A DNA stretch of 64,000 nt from Crocinitomicaceae bacterium (GCA_024643545.1 JAHEMR010000005.1:173025-237024), one strand, 5' to 3'; counted from the stretch's first letter, positions 9,709 through 20,518 are shown. Numbers and translations are program-made. The notes: a model not told the origin generated them from the sequence alone.

Positions 9709-10734
9709 TTAATCTCTAATCAAGAACTGGTATTTATCAATATTTTTTAATGCAATACTTGTTCCTCTTGCAACAGCGCGAAGCGGATCTTCAGCAATGT
9801 GCACTGGTAATTTCGTTTTCGCAGAAATACGTTTGTCTAGTCCTCTTAACATGGAACCACCACCTGCTAAATAGATACCTGTTTTGTAGATATCAGCAGA
9901 AAGTTCCGGTGGAGTTAACTCAAGAGCACTTAAAATAGCCTCTTCAATTTTTGAAATGGTTTTATCCAAGGCATGCGCAACTTCCACGTAAGAAACCATA
10001 ATTTCCTTTGGAATACCCGTCATTAAATCTCGTCCACGAACGGCAAAGTCTGCTGGTGGATTATCAAGTTCTGGCAATGCTGCACCAACTTCTATTTTAA
10101 TTTGTTCTGCTGTTCGTTCACCAACAAGTATATTGTGTTGGCGACGCATGTACTCTTCAATATCGCTCGTAAAGTCATCACCGGCAATACGAATGGATTT
10201 GTCACAAACAATTCCACCTAATGCGATGACAGCAATTTCGGATGTACCACCACCGATATCGATGATCATATTTCCCATTGGCTCTTCTACGTCAATCCCG
10301 ATTCCAATAGCTGCTGCCATTGGCTCATGAATTAAATAAACTTCTTTTGCTCCTGCGTGTTCAGCTGAATCGCGTACGGCACGTTTTTCAACCTCTGTAA
10401 TTCCGGATGGAATACAAATTACCATGCGTAGGGTAGGATTGAAAAGACTTTTTCCAGGATTGATCATTTTAATCATCCCTCGAATCATCTGTTCAGCACT
10501 TTGGAAATCGGCGATTACACCATCTTTCAATGGACGCACAGTTTCGATTAACTTATGAGTCTTACCATGCATCTGTTGTGCCTTTCGTCCAATAGCAACT
10601 ACTTTGCCTGTTTGAATGTCCTTAGCTACAATAGACGGTTCGTCAACCACCACTTTGTCATTCCAGATGATAAGTGTGTTTGCTGTCCCTAAGTCAATCG
10701 CAATTTCTTGCGTTAAAAAACTGAAAAATTTCAT
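9709..10734 (-). CDS. mreB: rod shape-determining protein MreB
   Basis: 341 aa with actin-fold motifs IAIDLGTANT and MIIDIGGGTSEIAV. Confidence 0.97.
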   Translation of the reverse strand: MKFFSFLTQEIAIDLGTANTLIIWNDKVVVDEPSIVAKDIQTGKVVAIGRKAQQMHGKTHKLIETVRPLKDGVIADFQSAEQMIRGMIKMINPGKSLFNPTLRMVICIPSGITEVEKRAVRDSAEHAGAKEVYLIHEPMAAAIGIGIDVEEPMGNMIIDIGGGTSEIAVIALGGIVCDKSIRIAGDDFTSDIEEYMRRQHNILVGERTAEQIKIEVGAALPELDNPPADFAVRGRDLMTGIPKEIMVSYVEVAHALDKTISKIEEAILSALELTPPELSADIYKTGIYLAGGGSMLRGLDKRISAKTKLPVHIAEDPLRAVARGTSIALKNIDKYQFLIRD

Positions 10735-10812
10735 GTTGAGTCCAACTAGTGATTAAGTTGTTCCTTTTTCGAGAGATTCGGAGAAAAGGTTACAATTTAA
10801 TGTAAATATATG

Positions 10813-10820
10813 CAAAGTTA
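10813..10820 (-). promoter_or_regulatory. candidate -7 box (TAacTTTG) for mreB
   Basis: The minus strand reads TAACTTTG and overlaps the purH stop codon, 78 nt upstream of the mreB ATG. Confidence 0.3.
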
Positions 10821-12347
10821 GTGTTTAAAGTGGCGCACACCAGTAAATACCATGCGCATTCCGTGTTTATTGCAATATTCAACGGATAGATCATCCTTTA
10901 CAGAACCTCCAGGTTGAATGACAGCATCGATTCCTTCCAAATGTGCAATTTCGACACAATCAGGAAAAGGAAAGAATGCATCACTTGCCATTGCCGCACC
11001 ATTCAAATCGAATCCAAATGTTTTCGCTTTGTGAATGGCTTGATTTAAGGCATCAACGCGTGAAGTTTGACCGGTCCCACTTGCAAGTAATTGTCCGTTC
11101 TTCGCTAGAATAATCGTATTCGATTTCGTATGCTTTACGAGTTTATTGGCAAATAATAAATCAGCAATTTCTTGTTCAGATGGAGCTAATGTTGTTTTCA
11201 CAACTAAATCACTTTTAGTTTCAGATTTATTGTCTCTGTCTTGCACAAGAACACCATTCAAAATGGAGCGTACTTGTTGCTGCGGTAATGCTGTTTCTTT
11301 TTGAACAAGAATAATACGATTCTTTTTACTTTTTAATAATTCAAGAGCATCTTCAGCATAGCTAGGTGCGATGAGCACTTCGCAAAACAACTCGTTGATT
11401 AGAATGGCAGTATCCATGTCGATGGCTTGGTTTGCGATTAAAATCCCGCCAAATGCACTTACTGGATCAGCTGCTAATGCCACTTCATAAGCTTCTTTTA
11501 ATGTTGGACGCGTAGCTAAACCACATGCATTATTGTGTTTCAAAATCCCAAATGTAGGACCATCATTTTTAAATTCTTGCAATAAATTAACGGCAGCATC
11601 TACATCTAAAAGGTTGTTGTAAGAAAGTTCTTTGCCGTGTAATTTGTCGAACAAAGCATCTAAATCACCAAAGAATTGACCCTTTTGATGCGGATTTTCT
11701 CCATAGCGAAGTGCTTCACTATTTTCGACACTCAATTTTAGGTAAGGACTATTATTTTGAACAAAATAGTGGTGAATCATAGTGTCGTAATGCGATGAAA
11801 CATGAAAAGCTTCACCTGCAAAATGCTGTCTTTGTTCCAAGCTCGTTGCGCCATTTTGCGTAGAAATAATTTCTAGAAAAGACGCATATTGTTTTACAGA
11901 TGGGATGATAACCACATCTTGGAAATTTTTTGCTGCTGCACGGATTAAGGAAATCCCACCGATGTCTATTTTTTCAATGATGTCCTCCGCACTTGCTCCT
12001 GAAGCAACGGTTTCCTCGAATGGGTATAAGTCAACAATCACTAAATCTATGGATGGAATACCATGTTTGGCAATGGCATCTTGATCCTCTTGCAATGCAC
12101 GACGATTTAAAATCCCACCAAAAACAGTTGGGTGCAATGTTTTAACTCTGCCACCAAGGATTTCCGGAAAACCAGTAAGGTCTTCAACAGCAACTACAGG
12201 GATCCCTAAATTTTGAATAAAGGCTAATGTTCCTCCAGTAGAGTAAATAGTAACTTGGTGTTTGTGTAATTCACGAACAATTTCGTCTAGTCCGTCTTTG
12301 TAATAGACTGAAATTAAGGCGCTTTGGATGTTTTTTAAATCTGTCAT
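10818..12347 (-). CDS. purH: bifunctional AICAR transformylase / IMP cyclohydrolase
   Basis: 509 aa of full-length PurH-like sequence (ALISVYYKDGL, GGTLAFI, ...VFTGVRHFKH). Confidence 0.97.
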   Translation of the reverse strand: MTDLKNIQSALISVYYKDGLDEIVRELHKHQVTIYSTGGTLAFIQNLGIPVVAVEDLTGFPEILGGRVKTLHPTVFGGILNRRALQEDQDAIAKHGIPSIDLVIVDLYPFEETVASGASAEDIIEKIDIGGISLIRAAAKNFQDVVIIPSVKQYASFLEIISTQNGATSLEQRQHFAGEAFHVSSHYDTMIHHYFVQNNSPYLKLSVENSEALRYGENPHQKGQFFGDLDALFDKLHGKELSYNNLLDVDAAVNLLQEFKNDGPTFGILKHNNACGLATRPTLKEAYEVALAADPVSAFGGILIANQAIDMDTAILINELFCEVLIAPSYAEDALELLKSKKNRIILVQKETALPQQQVRSILNGVLVQDRDNKSETKSDLVVKTTLAPSEQEIADLLFANKLVKHTKSNTIILAKNGQLLASGTGQTSRVDALNQAIHKAKTFGFDLNGAAMASDAFFPFPDCVEIAHLEGIDAVIQPGGSVKDDLSVEYCNKHGMRMVFTGVRHFKH

Positions 12348-12366
12348 GAGGTGTAAAAAGAAAGCG

Positions 12367-12374
12367 CAAAATTA
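12367..12374 (-). promoter_or_regulatory. candidate -7 box (TAatTTTG) for purH
   Basis: The minus strand reads TAATTTTG, 19 nt upstream of the purH ATG. Confidence 0.45.
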
Positions 12375-12441
12375 GTGTATTTTTTTCGATAATTGATTTA
12401 TATCTCTTGTTCATTTGAGCAGTCCATTCAATTTTTTCAAT

Positions 12442-12470
12442 AAAAAAACCCCCGCAAAGCGAGGGTTTTC
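12442..12470 (-). terminator. rho-independent terminator of the nrdBA transcript
   Basis: The minus strand reads GAAAACCCTCGC-ttt-GCGGGGG-TTTTTTT, a 7-bp stem with one mismatch followed by T7. It lies about 125 nt downstream of the nrdA stop. Confidence 0.7.
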
Positions 12471-12497
12471 ATATAAATCGTTAAACCGAATTATTAA

Positions 12498-12540
12498 CTA
12501 TGTATAACCGACTGGCGTCGCTTCTACCCAGAACACATTT
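12498..12540. repeat. 43-bp perfect direct repeat, copy 1 (in the nrdA 3' UTR)
   Basis: CTATGTATAACCGACTGGCGTCGCTTCTACCCAGAACACATTT is identical to 12568-12610, with an offset of 70 bp. Confidence 0.95.
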
Positions 12541-12567
12541 AGCGAGTCAAGCTCGTGAATTTCCGTT

Positions 12568-12610
12568 CTATGTATAACCGACTGGCGTCGCTTCTACCCA
12601 GAACACATTT
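12568..12610. repeat. 43-bp perfect direct repeat, copy 2 (covers the last 5 codons and stop of nrdA plus 26 nt of 3' UTR)
   Basis: Identical to 12498-12540. The minus strand reads (E)MCSG-TAG followed by AAGCGACGCCAGTCGGTTATACATAG. Confidence 0.95.
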
Positions 12611-14954
12611 CACAACTATCTGGGTTGTCAAGGGAACAAGCAATGGCTTCAGCTGCCTCTTCCAAAGATTTCGCAGTTGGTTGTTCTACCACTGTTTTTT
12701 CTACTGTAAATTTAATGGCATCAGTTGCCGCTTTTGTACGTAGGTAGTACATTCCTGTTTTTAATCCTTTCTCCCAACCATAGAAATGCATCGAAGTTAA
12801 TTTTCCGAAGTTTGCATTTTCCATGAAGATATTCAAGGATTGACTTTGACAAATGTAGGCACCACGATCTGCTGCTTGATCAATAATTGCTTTTTGGGAA
12901 ATTTCCCAAGCTGTTTTATATAAATCTTTTAATCGTTGAGGAACTTCGTTGATGTTCTGAACAGATCCATTGGCAGTCATGATTTTTTGACGCATGTCTT
13001 TGTTCCATAAACCTTCACGAACTAAGTCTTTTAATAAATGTTTATTCACAATAATGAATTCACCTGATAATACACGACGCGTGTAAATATTCGATGTGTA
13101 AGGTTCAAAACATTCGTTGTTTCCAAGAATTTGAGCGGTTGAAGCGGTTGGCATCGGCGCTAACAATAATGAATTACGAACACCATGCTTCTTTACTTCT
13201 TCTTTTAAAACATCCCATTCCCAACGGTTTGTTGGCGTAACACCCCACATATCAAATTGGAAGATTCCTTTTGATACAGGTGAACCTTTAATCGTTTCAT
13301 ATGGACCTTCGATTTTTGCCAAGTCTTTAGATGCGGACATGGAAGCAAAATAAATGGTTTCAAATATTTCACGGTTCAATGCGCGTGCCTCTTCTGATTC
13401 AAATGGCAGTCCCATCATGATGAAAGCATCTGCTAATCCTTGAACACCAAGTCCGATTGGACGGTGACGAAGGTTTGAGTTTTTTGCTTCTTCAACAGGA
13501 TAGAAGTTTTCGTCAATGATACGGTTAAGGTTTAACGTCGCTTGGTATGTTACTTCAAATAATTTGTCGTGATCGAATGCACCGTCTTCTGTTACGTATT
13601 TTGGTAAAGCAATTGATGCAAGGTTACATACAGCAATTTCATCAGGAGCAGTGTATTCAATAATCTCCGTACACAAGTTCGATGATTTGATTGTTCCTAA
13701 ATTTTGTTGGTTTGATTTAGCATTCGCCGCATCTTTGTACAACATGTAAGGAGTTCCTGTTTCAATTTGTGATTCAAGGATTTTAAACCAAAGATCTTGT
13801 GCTTTAATGGTTTTTCTACCTTTTCCTTCTTTTTCGTATTTCGTGTACAACGCTTCAAATTCAGCACTGTGTGTATCAGAAAGTCCTGGACATTCATGAG
13901 GACACATAAGCGTCCAATCGCCATTTTCTTTTACTCGTTGCATGAATAAATCTGGAATCCAAAGTGCGTAGAATAAATCACGTGCACGTTGTTCTTCTTT
14001 TCCATGGTTCTTTTTCAGGTCAAGGAAATCAAATACATCCGCATGCCATGGTTCGATGTACATAGCAAAAGATCCTTTTCTTTTTCCACCACCTTGGTCC
14101 ACGTAGCGCGCGGTATCATTGAATACGCGTAACATTGGAACAATACCATTAGAGGTTCCGTTCGTTCCTTTAATGTATGATCCAGTTGCACGGATGTCAT
14201 GCAATGCTAGTCCAATTCCACCAGCAGATTGCGAAATTTGTGCACAAGATTTTAACGTGTCATAAATTCCTTCAATACTGTCTTCTTTCATTGTGAGTAA
14301 GAAACAAGAAGACATTTGAGGCTTAGGTGTTCCGGCATTAAACAACGTTGGTGTTGCATGCGTAAACCATCCTTCTGACATTAGGTTATATGTTTTGATC
14401 GCAGAAGCAACATCGTGTTTGTGTATCCCAATTGCAACACGCATCAACATTTGTTGTGGACGTTCTGCGATTTTACCGTTCAAACGCATTAAGTAAGAAC
14501 GCGACAATGTTTTAAATCCAAAGTAATCGTAGCGGAAGTCACGATCGTAAATGATGCTTGAGTCGAACGCTTCTTTATTTTCCTGAATAATAGCGTAAAC
14601 GTCATCTGCAACCAAAGATGCATTTTGATTTGTCTTTGGATCGATGTAATGGTGTAAATCATCAATTACTTCAGAAAACGTTTTCTTCGTTTCCTTGTGT
14701 AAGTTCGATACCGCAATACGGGAAGCCAATAAAGCGTAATCCGGGTGATCAATCGTTTTTGCAGCGGCAACTTCGGCAGCCAAGTTATCTAAATCAGAAG
14801 TAGAAACTCCGTCAAAGATTCCTTCGATCACTTTCATGGCAACAGCCTCAGGTGACACCAACGGATCCAATCCGTAACACATTTTAATAATTCGCGCTGT
14901 GATTTTATCAAACTTCACAGCTTCTTTTCTTCCGTCTCTTTTTACTACGTACAT
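12594..14954 (-). CDS. nrdA: class Ia ribonucleoside-diphosphate reductase alpha subunit
   Basis: 786 aa with an N-terminal ATP-cone ([22 protein letters not shown]), catalytic SNLCTEI, and a C-terminal redox tail CEMCSG. Confidence 0.97.
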   Translation of the reverse strand: MYVVKRDGRKEAVKFDKITARIIKMCYGLDPLVSPEAVAMKVIEGIFDGVSTSDLDNLAAEVAAAKTIDHPDYALLASRIAVSNLHKETKKTFSEVIDDLHHYIDPKTNQNASLVADDVYAIIQENKEAFDSSIIYDRDFRYDYFGFKTLSRSYLMRLNGKIAERPQQMLMRVAIGIHKHDVASAIKTYNLMSEGWFTHATPTLFNAGTPKPQMSSCFLLTMKEDSIEGIYDTLKSCAQISQSAGGIGLALHDIRATGSYIKGTNGTSNGIVPMLRVFNDTARYVDQGGGKRKGSFAMYIEPWHADVFDFLDLKKNHGKEEQRARDLFYALWIPDLFMQRVKENGDWTLMCPHECPGLSDTHSAEFEALYTKYEKEGKGRKTIKAQDLWFKILESQIETGTPYMLYKDAANAKSNQQNLGTIKSSNLCTEIIEYTAPDEIAVCNLASIALPKYVTEDGAFDHDKLFEVTYQATLNLNRIIDENFYPVEEAKNSNLRHRPIGLGVQGLADAFIMMGLPFESEEARALNREIFETIYFASMSASKDLAKIEGPYETIKGSPVSKGIFQFDMWGVTPTNRWEWDVLKEEVKKHGVRNSLLLAPMPTASTAQILGNNECFEPYTSNIYTRRVLSGEFIIVNKHLLKDLVREGLWNKDMRQKIMTANGSVQNINEVPQRLKDLYKTAWEISQKAIIDQAADRGAYICQSQSLNIFMENANFGKLTSMHFYGWEKGLKTGMYYLRTKAATDAIKFTVEKTVVEQPTAKSLEEAAEAIACSLDNPDSCEMCSG

Positions 14955-14976
14955 CCTTAATACCGCAATTAAATAA

Positions 14977-15957
14977 TTAAAATTCTTCGTTCATGCTGAA
15001 TTCTTTGTTCGCATCTCCAGCTAATACACCAGCTTTTTGGTATTCGCCTACGCGTTTTTCAAAGAAATTTGTTTTTCCTTGAATGGAGATCATTTCCATG
15101 AAATCAAATGGATTTGATGTATTGTATACACGTTCATTCCCCAATTCAACTAAAAGTCGATCCGCAACAAATTCAATGTATTGTTGCATAAGATCACTAT
15201 TCATTCCAATAAGCTTAACTGGAATAGCGTCTGTCACAAATTCTTTTTCAATTTCGACAGCATCCATAATGATTTCACGTACTTTTTCCTTCGATAGTTT
15301 ATTCACAAGGTGATTGTTGTACAATAAACAAGCAAAGTCACAATGCAACCCTTCATCACGTGAAATCAATTCGTTAGAGAAGGACAATCCTGGCATTAAA
15401 CCACGTTTTTTCAACCAGAAAATAGAACAAAACGAGCCAGAAAAGAAAATTCCTTCGACAGCAGCGAAAGCAACTAAACGCTCTGCAAAATCGCCTTTAT
15501 CAATCCAACGCAATGCCCAATCCGCTTTTTTCTTCACACAATCGAGCGTATCGATCGCGTTAAATAAATGATTTTTTTCTGCAGAATCTTTGATGTAAGT
15601 ATCAATCAGAAGCGAATACGTCTCTGAATGAATATTTTCCATCGCAACTTGATTTCCGTAAAAGAATTTTGCTTCTGTGTATTGTACTTCAGACAAAAAG
15701 TTCTCTGCTAGGTTCTCGTTGACAATCCCATCGGATGCAGCAAAAAATGCAAGGATGTGTTTAATGAAGTGACGTTCATCATCATTCAATTTGTTCTCCC
15801 AGTCAATTTGATCGGGTGACAAATCAATTTCTTCTGCAGTCCAAAAGCTAGCCTCAGCTTTTTTGTAAAAACTCCAAATATCATCGTGTTGAATTGGAAA
15901 TAATACAAAACGGCTTTTGTTTTCTTCAAGAATAGGTTCGCGTAAAGATGTTGTCAT
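14977..15957 (-). CDS. nrdB: class Ia ribonucleotide reductase beta subunit
   Basis: 326 aa with di-iron/tyrosyl radical motifs ([19 protein letters not shown]). It lies 22 nt upstream of nrdA. Confidence 0.97.
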   Translation of the reverse strand: MTTSLREPILEENKSRFVLFPIQHDDIWSFYKKAEASFWTAEEIDLSPDQIDWENKLNDDERHFIKHILAFFAASDGIVNENLAENFLSEVQYTEAKFFYGNQVAMENIHSETYSLLIDTYIKDSAEKNHLFNAIDTLDCVKKKADWALRWIDKGDFAERLVAFAAVEGIFFSGSFCSIFWLKKRGLMPGLSFSNELISRDEGLHCDFACLLYNNHLVNKLSKEKVREIIMDAVEIEKEFVTDAIPVKLIGMNSDLMQQYIEFVADRLLVELGNERVYNTSNPFDFMEMISIQGKTNFFEKRVGEYQKAGVLAGDANKEFSMNEEF

Positions 15958-16234
15958 AAGCTCTTAAATAATTTTTAATCTAAAAAGGACATAGAAATGT
16001 ATAACTTCTAAACCACATTTTCGTTAAATTGTTTTTGTATTACTCAATCAACTTTAACATTCGGTTTTGAAAACAAAACGTTGGTGAAATTTGAGACTAC
16101 AAAAATTGTCAAAAAACATTCTTAAATCAATTAAAGAAATTAACATTAGCGCGATGTTATCAACACCGAAAATCGCAATCCTTTCTCCAATAAACCCTTC
16201 AGCAATTTTCAACACTGAAAGGAAAGATATTCAC

Positions 16235-16251
16235 ATCAACAATATGTTGAT
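16235..16251. promoter_or_regulatory. inverted repeat ATCAACA-ata-TGTTGAT (candidate operator)
   Basis: Perfect 7-bp arms with a 3-nt spacer, inside the 445-bp ORF-free nrdB/comF divergent region. Function is unknown. Confidence 0.2.
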
Positions 16252-16365
16252 TTTAATAACTATTCCTCGCGATTTAGATAAATAAGTCAATTTAATTTCT
16301 TAAGTGAAATAGGACATTAAAATTATGGCGGAAATTTATTTTTTTCAAGAAACAATCTTTGAGTT

Positions 16366-16387
16366 TTTGAACACGTTATTGTTCAAA
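16366..16387. promoter_or_regulatory. inverted repeat TTTGAACA-cgttat-TGTTCAAA (candidate operator or 5' hairpin)
   Basis: Perfect 8-bp arms with a 6-nt spacer, ending 15 nt upstream of the comF-family ATG (16403). Confidence 0.3.
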
Positions 16388-16402
16388 CTTTAAGAATTCA
16401 AT

Positions 16403-17128
16403 ATGCACTTGGTAAACGCGAAATTAACTTCTTTTTTGAATCCATATTTAGAGGGATTTCAACACCTTATTTTTCCGAATACATGCCTACAATGTTCACA
16501 TGAATTATCACGATTTGAAAAATATATTTGCGCTTTTTGTTGGGATAAACTTCAACGTACATATTTCGAATCTTATGAAAGTCCAAGCGGAATGGACCAA
16601 TTATTTTGGGGAAGAATAACCTTGAAGGAAACGTTTGCCTTATATTTTTTTGAAAAGGAAAAACCCGTTCAAGATATACTTCACGCTTTAAAGTATCAAT
16701 TTAAAGCACCCCTTGGAAGACATTTCGGTCGCATCATGGCTGAAACAATGATCAAAAGTCCCAAGTACAAGGAAATAGAAGCGTTGATTCCAGTGCCTAT
16801 TCACCCTCAAAAACGATTTTTACGTGGCTACAATCAAAGCGAATTATTAGCCCAGGGTATGGCGGAAATTTTGAAAATCCCCATTTTATTAGATACTGTT
16901 CAGAAAAAAAGGAACAACGCAAGTCAAACAACAAAAAATAGATTTCTGCGCTGGGATAACGCCAGCGAGCAATTTTGTTTTGGAAAAAAAGGGGTGACGT
17001 ATCGTCATATTGCCATTGTTGATGACGTAATTACTACTGGTTCAACACTCGAAGCCATGGCTCAACTATTACGTTCCCAATACCCACTTCTTCAAATAAG
17101 TTTGATTAGTTTCGCCATAGCAAAATAA
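16403..17128 (+). CDS. ComF family protein (phosphoribosyltransferase domain)
   Basis: 241 aa with N-terminal Cys pairs CLQC...CAFC and the PRTase motif IAIVDDVITTGSTL. Confidence 0.85.
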   Translation: MHLVNAKLTSFLNPYLEGFQHLIFPNTCLQCSHELSRFEKYICAFCWDKLQRTYFESYESPSGMDQLFWGRITLKETFALYFFEKEKPVQDILHALKYQFKAPLGRHFGRIMAETMIKSPKYKEIEALIPVPIHPQKRFLRGYNQSELLAQGMAEILKIPILLDTVQKKRNNASQTTKNRFLRWDNASEQFCFGKKGVTYRHIAIVDDVITTGSTLEAMAQLLRSQYPLLQISLISFAIAK

Positions 17129-17130
17129 AC

Positions 17131-18186
17131 ATGGATTCTGAACATATATTAATTATTGGCGCTGGACTCGCTGGAACATGCTTGGCTCATCAACTTATTG
17201 CTAACGGACACCGCATCCAATTAGTAGACCGGGGTATAAATCACTCGACAGCTATTGCTGCTGGAATGGTCAATCCAATGGTTTTTCGAAGGATGAATAA
17301 GTCTTGGAGATTGGATGAGTTCATGACTGACGCAAGAAATTATTACCTCCATTTAGAGCAGTTATTAGAACACAAGCTTTTTCACCCAATCATCATCCGT
17401 AGAATGCTTTCTTCAGAGCAAGAACGCAACTACTGGTTGGAAAGACAAAATGTGCAAGAATTTAAAGCTTACCTATCGGAAATAAGTCCCGAAGACGAGA
17501 CCTATTCATTGGCCAATAATCAATTTGGAAGTGGAAGATTGAAATCTTCATTTTGGGTAGATGCAAAATCCTATTACGAGAAAAATACCGCATATTTTCA
17601 TAAAAAAGGACTATTGTTAAAAGAGGATTTTGATTGTACTTATTTTGATGAAAACCAATTGACATACAAAGGAATAACCTATTCAAAAGTTGTTTTTTGC
17701 GTTGGATATCAACAAATGAACGCGCCTTTTTTTCAGGAATTACCTATCCAACAGACGAAGGGCCAAACCATCCGTGTTCGCTCGCAGGAAATCCCAGAAA
17801 ATGAATCATTAAATCGGAAATGTTTTGTACTTCCAATGGGAGACCAAGTATTCAGAATCGGAGCCACCTATGAATGGGACAATCCAGATTTGAATCCGAC
17901 CGAGGAGGCAAAACAAGAATTAATGGAACATCTTCGTGTGTTGGGAAATTTTACATACGACGTCATAGATCAACAAGTCGGGGTGCGTCCAACCGTTTTA
18001 GATCGCCGTCCAATTTTAGGAGCGCATCGCACGATAAAAAACATGTACCTCTTTAATGGACTTGGAACCAAGGGTTACCTCATGGCTCCAACGTTGGCTA
18101 GGGAATTAACTGATTTCATGTTCGAAGGAAAACCATTAGACAAGGAAATCTCGATCCAACGTTTTTACCAGAAATTAGATTTGTAA
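17131..18186 (+). CDS. FAD-dependent oxidoreductase (DAO family, MnmC oxidoreductase-domain-like)
   Basis: 351 aa with the dinucleotide fold ILIIGAGLAGTCLA. It starts 2 nt after the comF-family gene. Confidence 0.75.
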   Translation: MDSEHILIIGAGLAGTCLAHQLIANGHRIQLVDRGINHSTAIAAGMVNPMVFRRMNKSWRLDEFMTDARNYYLHLEQLLEHKLFHPIIIRRMLSSEQERNYWLERQNVQEFKAYLSEISPEDETYSLANNQFGSGRLKSSFWVDAKSYYEKNTAYFHKKGLLLKEDFDCTYFDENQLTYKGITYSKVVFCVGYQQMNAPFFQELPIQQTKGQTIRVRSQEIPENESLNRKCFVLPMGDQVFRIGATYEWDNPDLNPTEEAKQELMEHLRVLGNFTYDVIDQQVGVRPTVLDRRPILGAHRTIKNMYLFNGLGTKGYLMAPTLARELTDFMFEGKPLDKEISIQRFYQKLDL

Positions 18187-18217
18187 AAAAAATCCTATTT
18201 TTAGGGACGTAAAAACG

Positions 18218-18655
18218 ATGAACATGGAAATAGAATCAACCAACACTAAGTCATTGAAACTAACGGATAACAGCCTGATTTTAATGGCTGAAATCGTTAA
18301 GTGGGCAAAATTTTTAGCTATTTGTTCCTTTGTTGGAGTAGGAATTATGGTTCTTTTAGGAGTAGGAATGATTCTCCTTCAATTTGAGAGCTTAAAGGTT
18401 GGGCTTCAAGTTTTAGTCATGGGTGTTTTTTATATCGGGATGGCGGTACTTTATTTATTTCCGGCGCTTTATTTGTATCGCTTTGCAACAGCATGTGGAG
18501 AAGCCATTGAAAAATTCAATGATGACACTTTGGAAGAAGGAATTGAAAATTTAAAATCCCTTTTCCGCTTCACGGGAATATTGACAATCATTATCCTTTC
18601 CTTATATGCTGTTGGGATTCTTTCGGTAATAGCAGTGTATCTGATTAGTATGTAA
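18218..18655 (+). CDS. small membrane protein (DUF5362-like, named from memory)
   Basis: 145 aa with three or four hydrophobic helices. No catalytic motifs were seen. Confidence 0.5.
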   Translation: MNMEIESTNTKSLKLTDNSLILMAEIVKWAKFLAICSFVGVGIMVLLGVGMILLQFESLKVGLQVLVMGVFYIGMAVLYLFPALYLYRFATACGEAIEKFNDDTLEEGIENLKSLFRFTGILTIIILSLYAVGILSVIAVYLISM

Positions 18656-18695
18656 TATAGTCGGGACATTAGACATCTATTCAGCGGGAAAATCG

Positions 18696-18703
18696 TATTT
18701 TTG
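18696..18703 (+). promoter_or_regulatory. candidate -7 box (TAttTTTG) for lepA
   Basis: TATTTTTG lies 8 nt upstream of the lepA ATG. Confidence 0.4.
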
Positions 18704-18711
18704 TTACCGCT

Positions 18712-20508
18712 ATGAATCACATTCGAAATTTCTGCATTATTGCACACATCGATCACGGTAAAAGTACCCTCGCAGATCGCTTACTTCAAACTACTGGAAC
18801 GATATCCGACCGAAACATGCAGGCTCAGGCTTTGGATGACATGGACTTGGAGCGCGAACGTGGAATCACGATTAAGAGTCACGCCATTCAAATGAGTTAT
18901 AAGTTTGAAGGGAACGATTATATTTTGAATCTAATTGACACCCCGGGACACGTAGATTTCTCCTATGAAGTATCGCGTTCAATCGCAGCATGTGAAGGAG
19001 CCCTGTTAATTGTTGATGCATCCCAAGGAATTGAGGCTCAAACAATTTCAAATTTATATTTGGCCCTAGAGCACGATTTGGAAATTATTCCGATCCTCAA
19101 TAAAATGGACTTACCTGGTGCAATGCCGGAGGAAGTGTCTGATCAAATTGTTGAGTTAATCGGCTGTGATTACGAAGACATTATTCAAGCGTCAGGAAAA
19201 ACCGGACTTGGAGTAGAAGCTATTTTAGCTGCTGTAGTTAACCGCATTCCACCCCCAAAAGGAGATGAGTCAGCGCCCTTACAAGCCATGATTTTCGACT
19301 CTGTTTTCAATCCATTTAGAGGAATCATTGCGTATTACAGAATTAAAAATGGAGTATTGAGAAAGGGACAAAAAGTTCGTTTTCTAAATACAGGAAGAGA
19401 TTACAATGCCGATGAAATTGGAATATTAAAAATGGATCTTTCCCCTCGAAACGAAGTGAGAGCGGGAGATGTAGGATACATCATTTCAGGTATCAAGCAA
19501 GCGAACGAAGTGAAAGTTGGAGATACCATTACGGATACAGAAAATCCATGCGAAGTTCCAATCAAAGGATTTGAAGATGTTAAACCGATGGTATTTGCTG
19601 GAATTTATCCAGTAGACAACGAAGATTATGAGGAGTTGCGTTATTCAATGGAAAAGTTGCAACTGAATGACTCATCATTGGTTTTTGAGCCTGAATCATC
19701 TGCTGCACTCGGCTTTGGTTTCCGTTGTGGATTCCTTGGAATGCTACACATGGAAATCATTCAAGAGCGTTTGGAGCGCGAGTTTAACATGACCGTGATT
19801 ACGACTGTTCCCAACGTTTCCTACAAAGCATATATGAAAAAAGACCCAGAGGACGCGTTAATTGTGAATAATCCATCGGAACTTCCTGATCCATCTGGAA
19901 TGGAACGAATTGAAGAACCTTACATTAAAGCTCAAGTCATCACAAAAACAGAATATGTTGGTGCGATTATGACTTTGTGCATTGAAAAACGTGGCGAATT
20001 ACAAAATCAAGTGTACTTAACACAAGACAGAGTTGAAATCACTTTTGAAATGCCATTGGCGGAGATTGTCTTTGATTTTTATGACCGTTTGAAATCTGTT
20101 TCCCGTGGGTATGCTTCGTTTGACTATCATCCAATCGGATACAAAGAGTCAGATTTGATTAAAATGGACCTTCTTTTGAATGGGGAACAAGTAGATGCAT
20201 TATCTGCATTGGTTCACCGCAGTAACGCTTTTGATCTAGGAAAACGCATTTGTGTCAAATTGCGCGAATTAATCCCAAGACAACAATTTGAAATTCCGAT
20301 TCAAGCCGCTATCGGGGCTAAGGTAATTGCGCGTGAAACCATCAAAGCCTTGAGAAAGGATGTAACAGCTAAGTGTTACGGTGGAGATATTTCGCGTAAA
20401 CGTAAATTATTAGAGAAACAAAAAGCGGGTAAAAAACGTATGCGCCAAGTGGGACGAGTAGAGGTTCCGCAAGAAGCATTTTTAGCTGTATTGAAATTAA
20501 ACGACTAA
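18712..20508 (+). CDS. lepA: translation elongation factor 4
   Basis: 598 aa with [28 protein letters not shown] and NKMDL GTPase motifs, plus a LepA-type C-terminus. Confidence 0.97.
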   Translation: MNHIRNFCIIAHIDHGKSTLADRLLQTTGTISDRNMQAQALDDMDLERERGITIKSHAIQMSYKFEGNDYILNLIDTPGHVDFSYEVSRSIAACEGALLIVDASQGIEAQTISNLYLALEHDLEIIPILNKMDLPGAMPEEVSDQIVELIGCDYEDIIQASGKTGLGVEAILAAVVNRIPPPKGDESAPLQAMIFDSVFNPFRGIIAYYRIKNGVLRKGQKVRFLNTGRDYNADEIGILKMDLSPRNEVRAGDVGYIISGIKQANEVKVGDTITDTENPCEVPIKGFEDVKPMVFAGIYPVDNEDYEELRYSMEKLQLNDSSLVFEPESSAALGFGFRCGFLGMLHMEIIQERLEREFNMTVITTVPNVSYKAYMKKDPEDALIVNNPSELPDPSGMERIEEPYIKAQVITKTEYVGAIMTLCIEKRGELQNQVYLTQDRVEITFEMPLAEIVFDFYDRLKSVSRGYASFDYHPIGYKESDLIKMDLLLNGEQVDALSALVHRSNAFDLGKRICVKLRELIPRQQFEIPIQAAIGAKVIARETIKALRKDVTAKCYGGDISRKRKLLEKQKAGKKRMRQVGRVEVPQEAFLAVLKLND

Positions 20509-20518
20509 ACTTAAACAT

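Noticed and set aside
9709-10734. mreB followed by a terminator and a convergent gene instead of mreCD
   Set aside because: mreC and mreD may simply lie elsewhere in the genome, which cannot be judged from this window.
12498-12610. Possible CRISPR array or MITE
   Set aside because: There are only two repeat copies, no cas genes, no terminal inverted repeats, and the second copy is part of the nrdA coding sequence. I kept it as a plain direct repeat.
12594-14954. Intein or intron in nrdA, a common insertion target
   Set aside because: The 786-aa ORF is contiguous and of normal class Ia length. No extra block interrupts the catalytic motifs.
15958-16100. Cobalamin riboswitch or NrdR box pair upstream of nrdB
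   Set aside because: No B12-box-like GCCACTG core appears on the minus strand. The only NrdR-like palindrome (16235-16251) has an odd spacer, is single, and lies about 280 nt from the nrdB ATG.
16091-16285. 64-aa ORF in the nrdB/comF intergenic region
   Set aside because: It has a TTG start, an AT-driven Ile/Asn/Lys-rich composition, and no signal, motif or -7 box in front of it. I treat it as non-coding.
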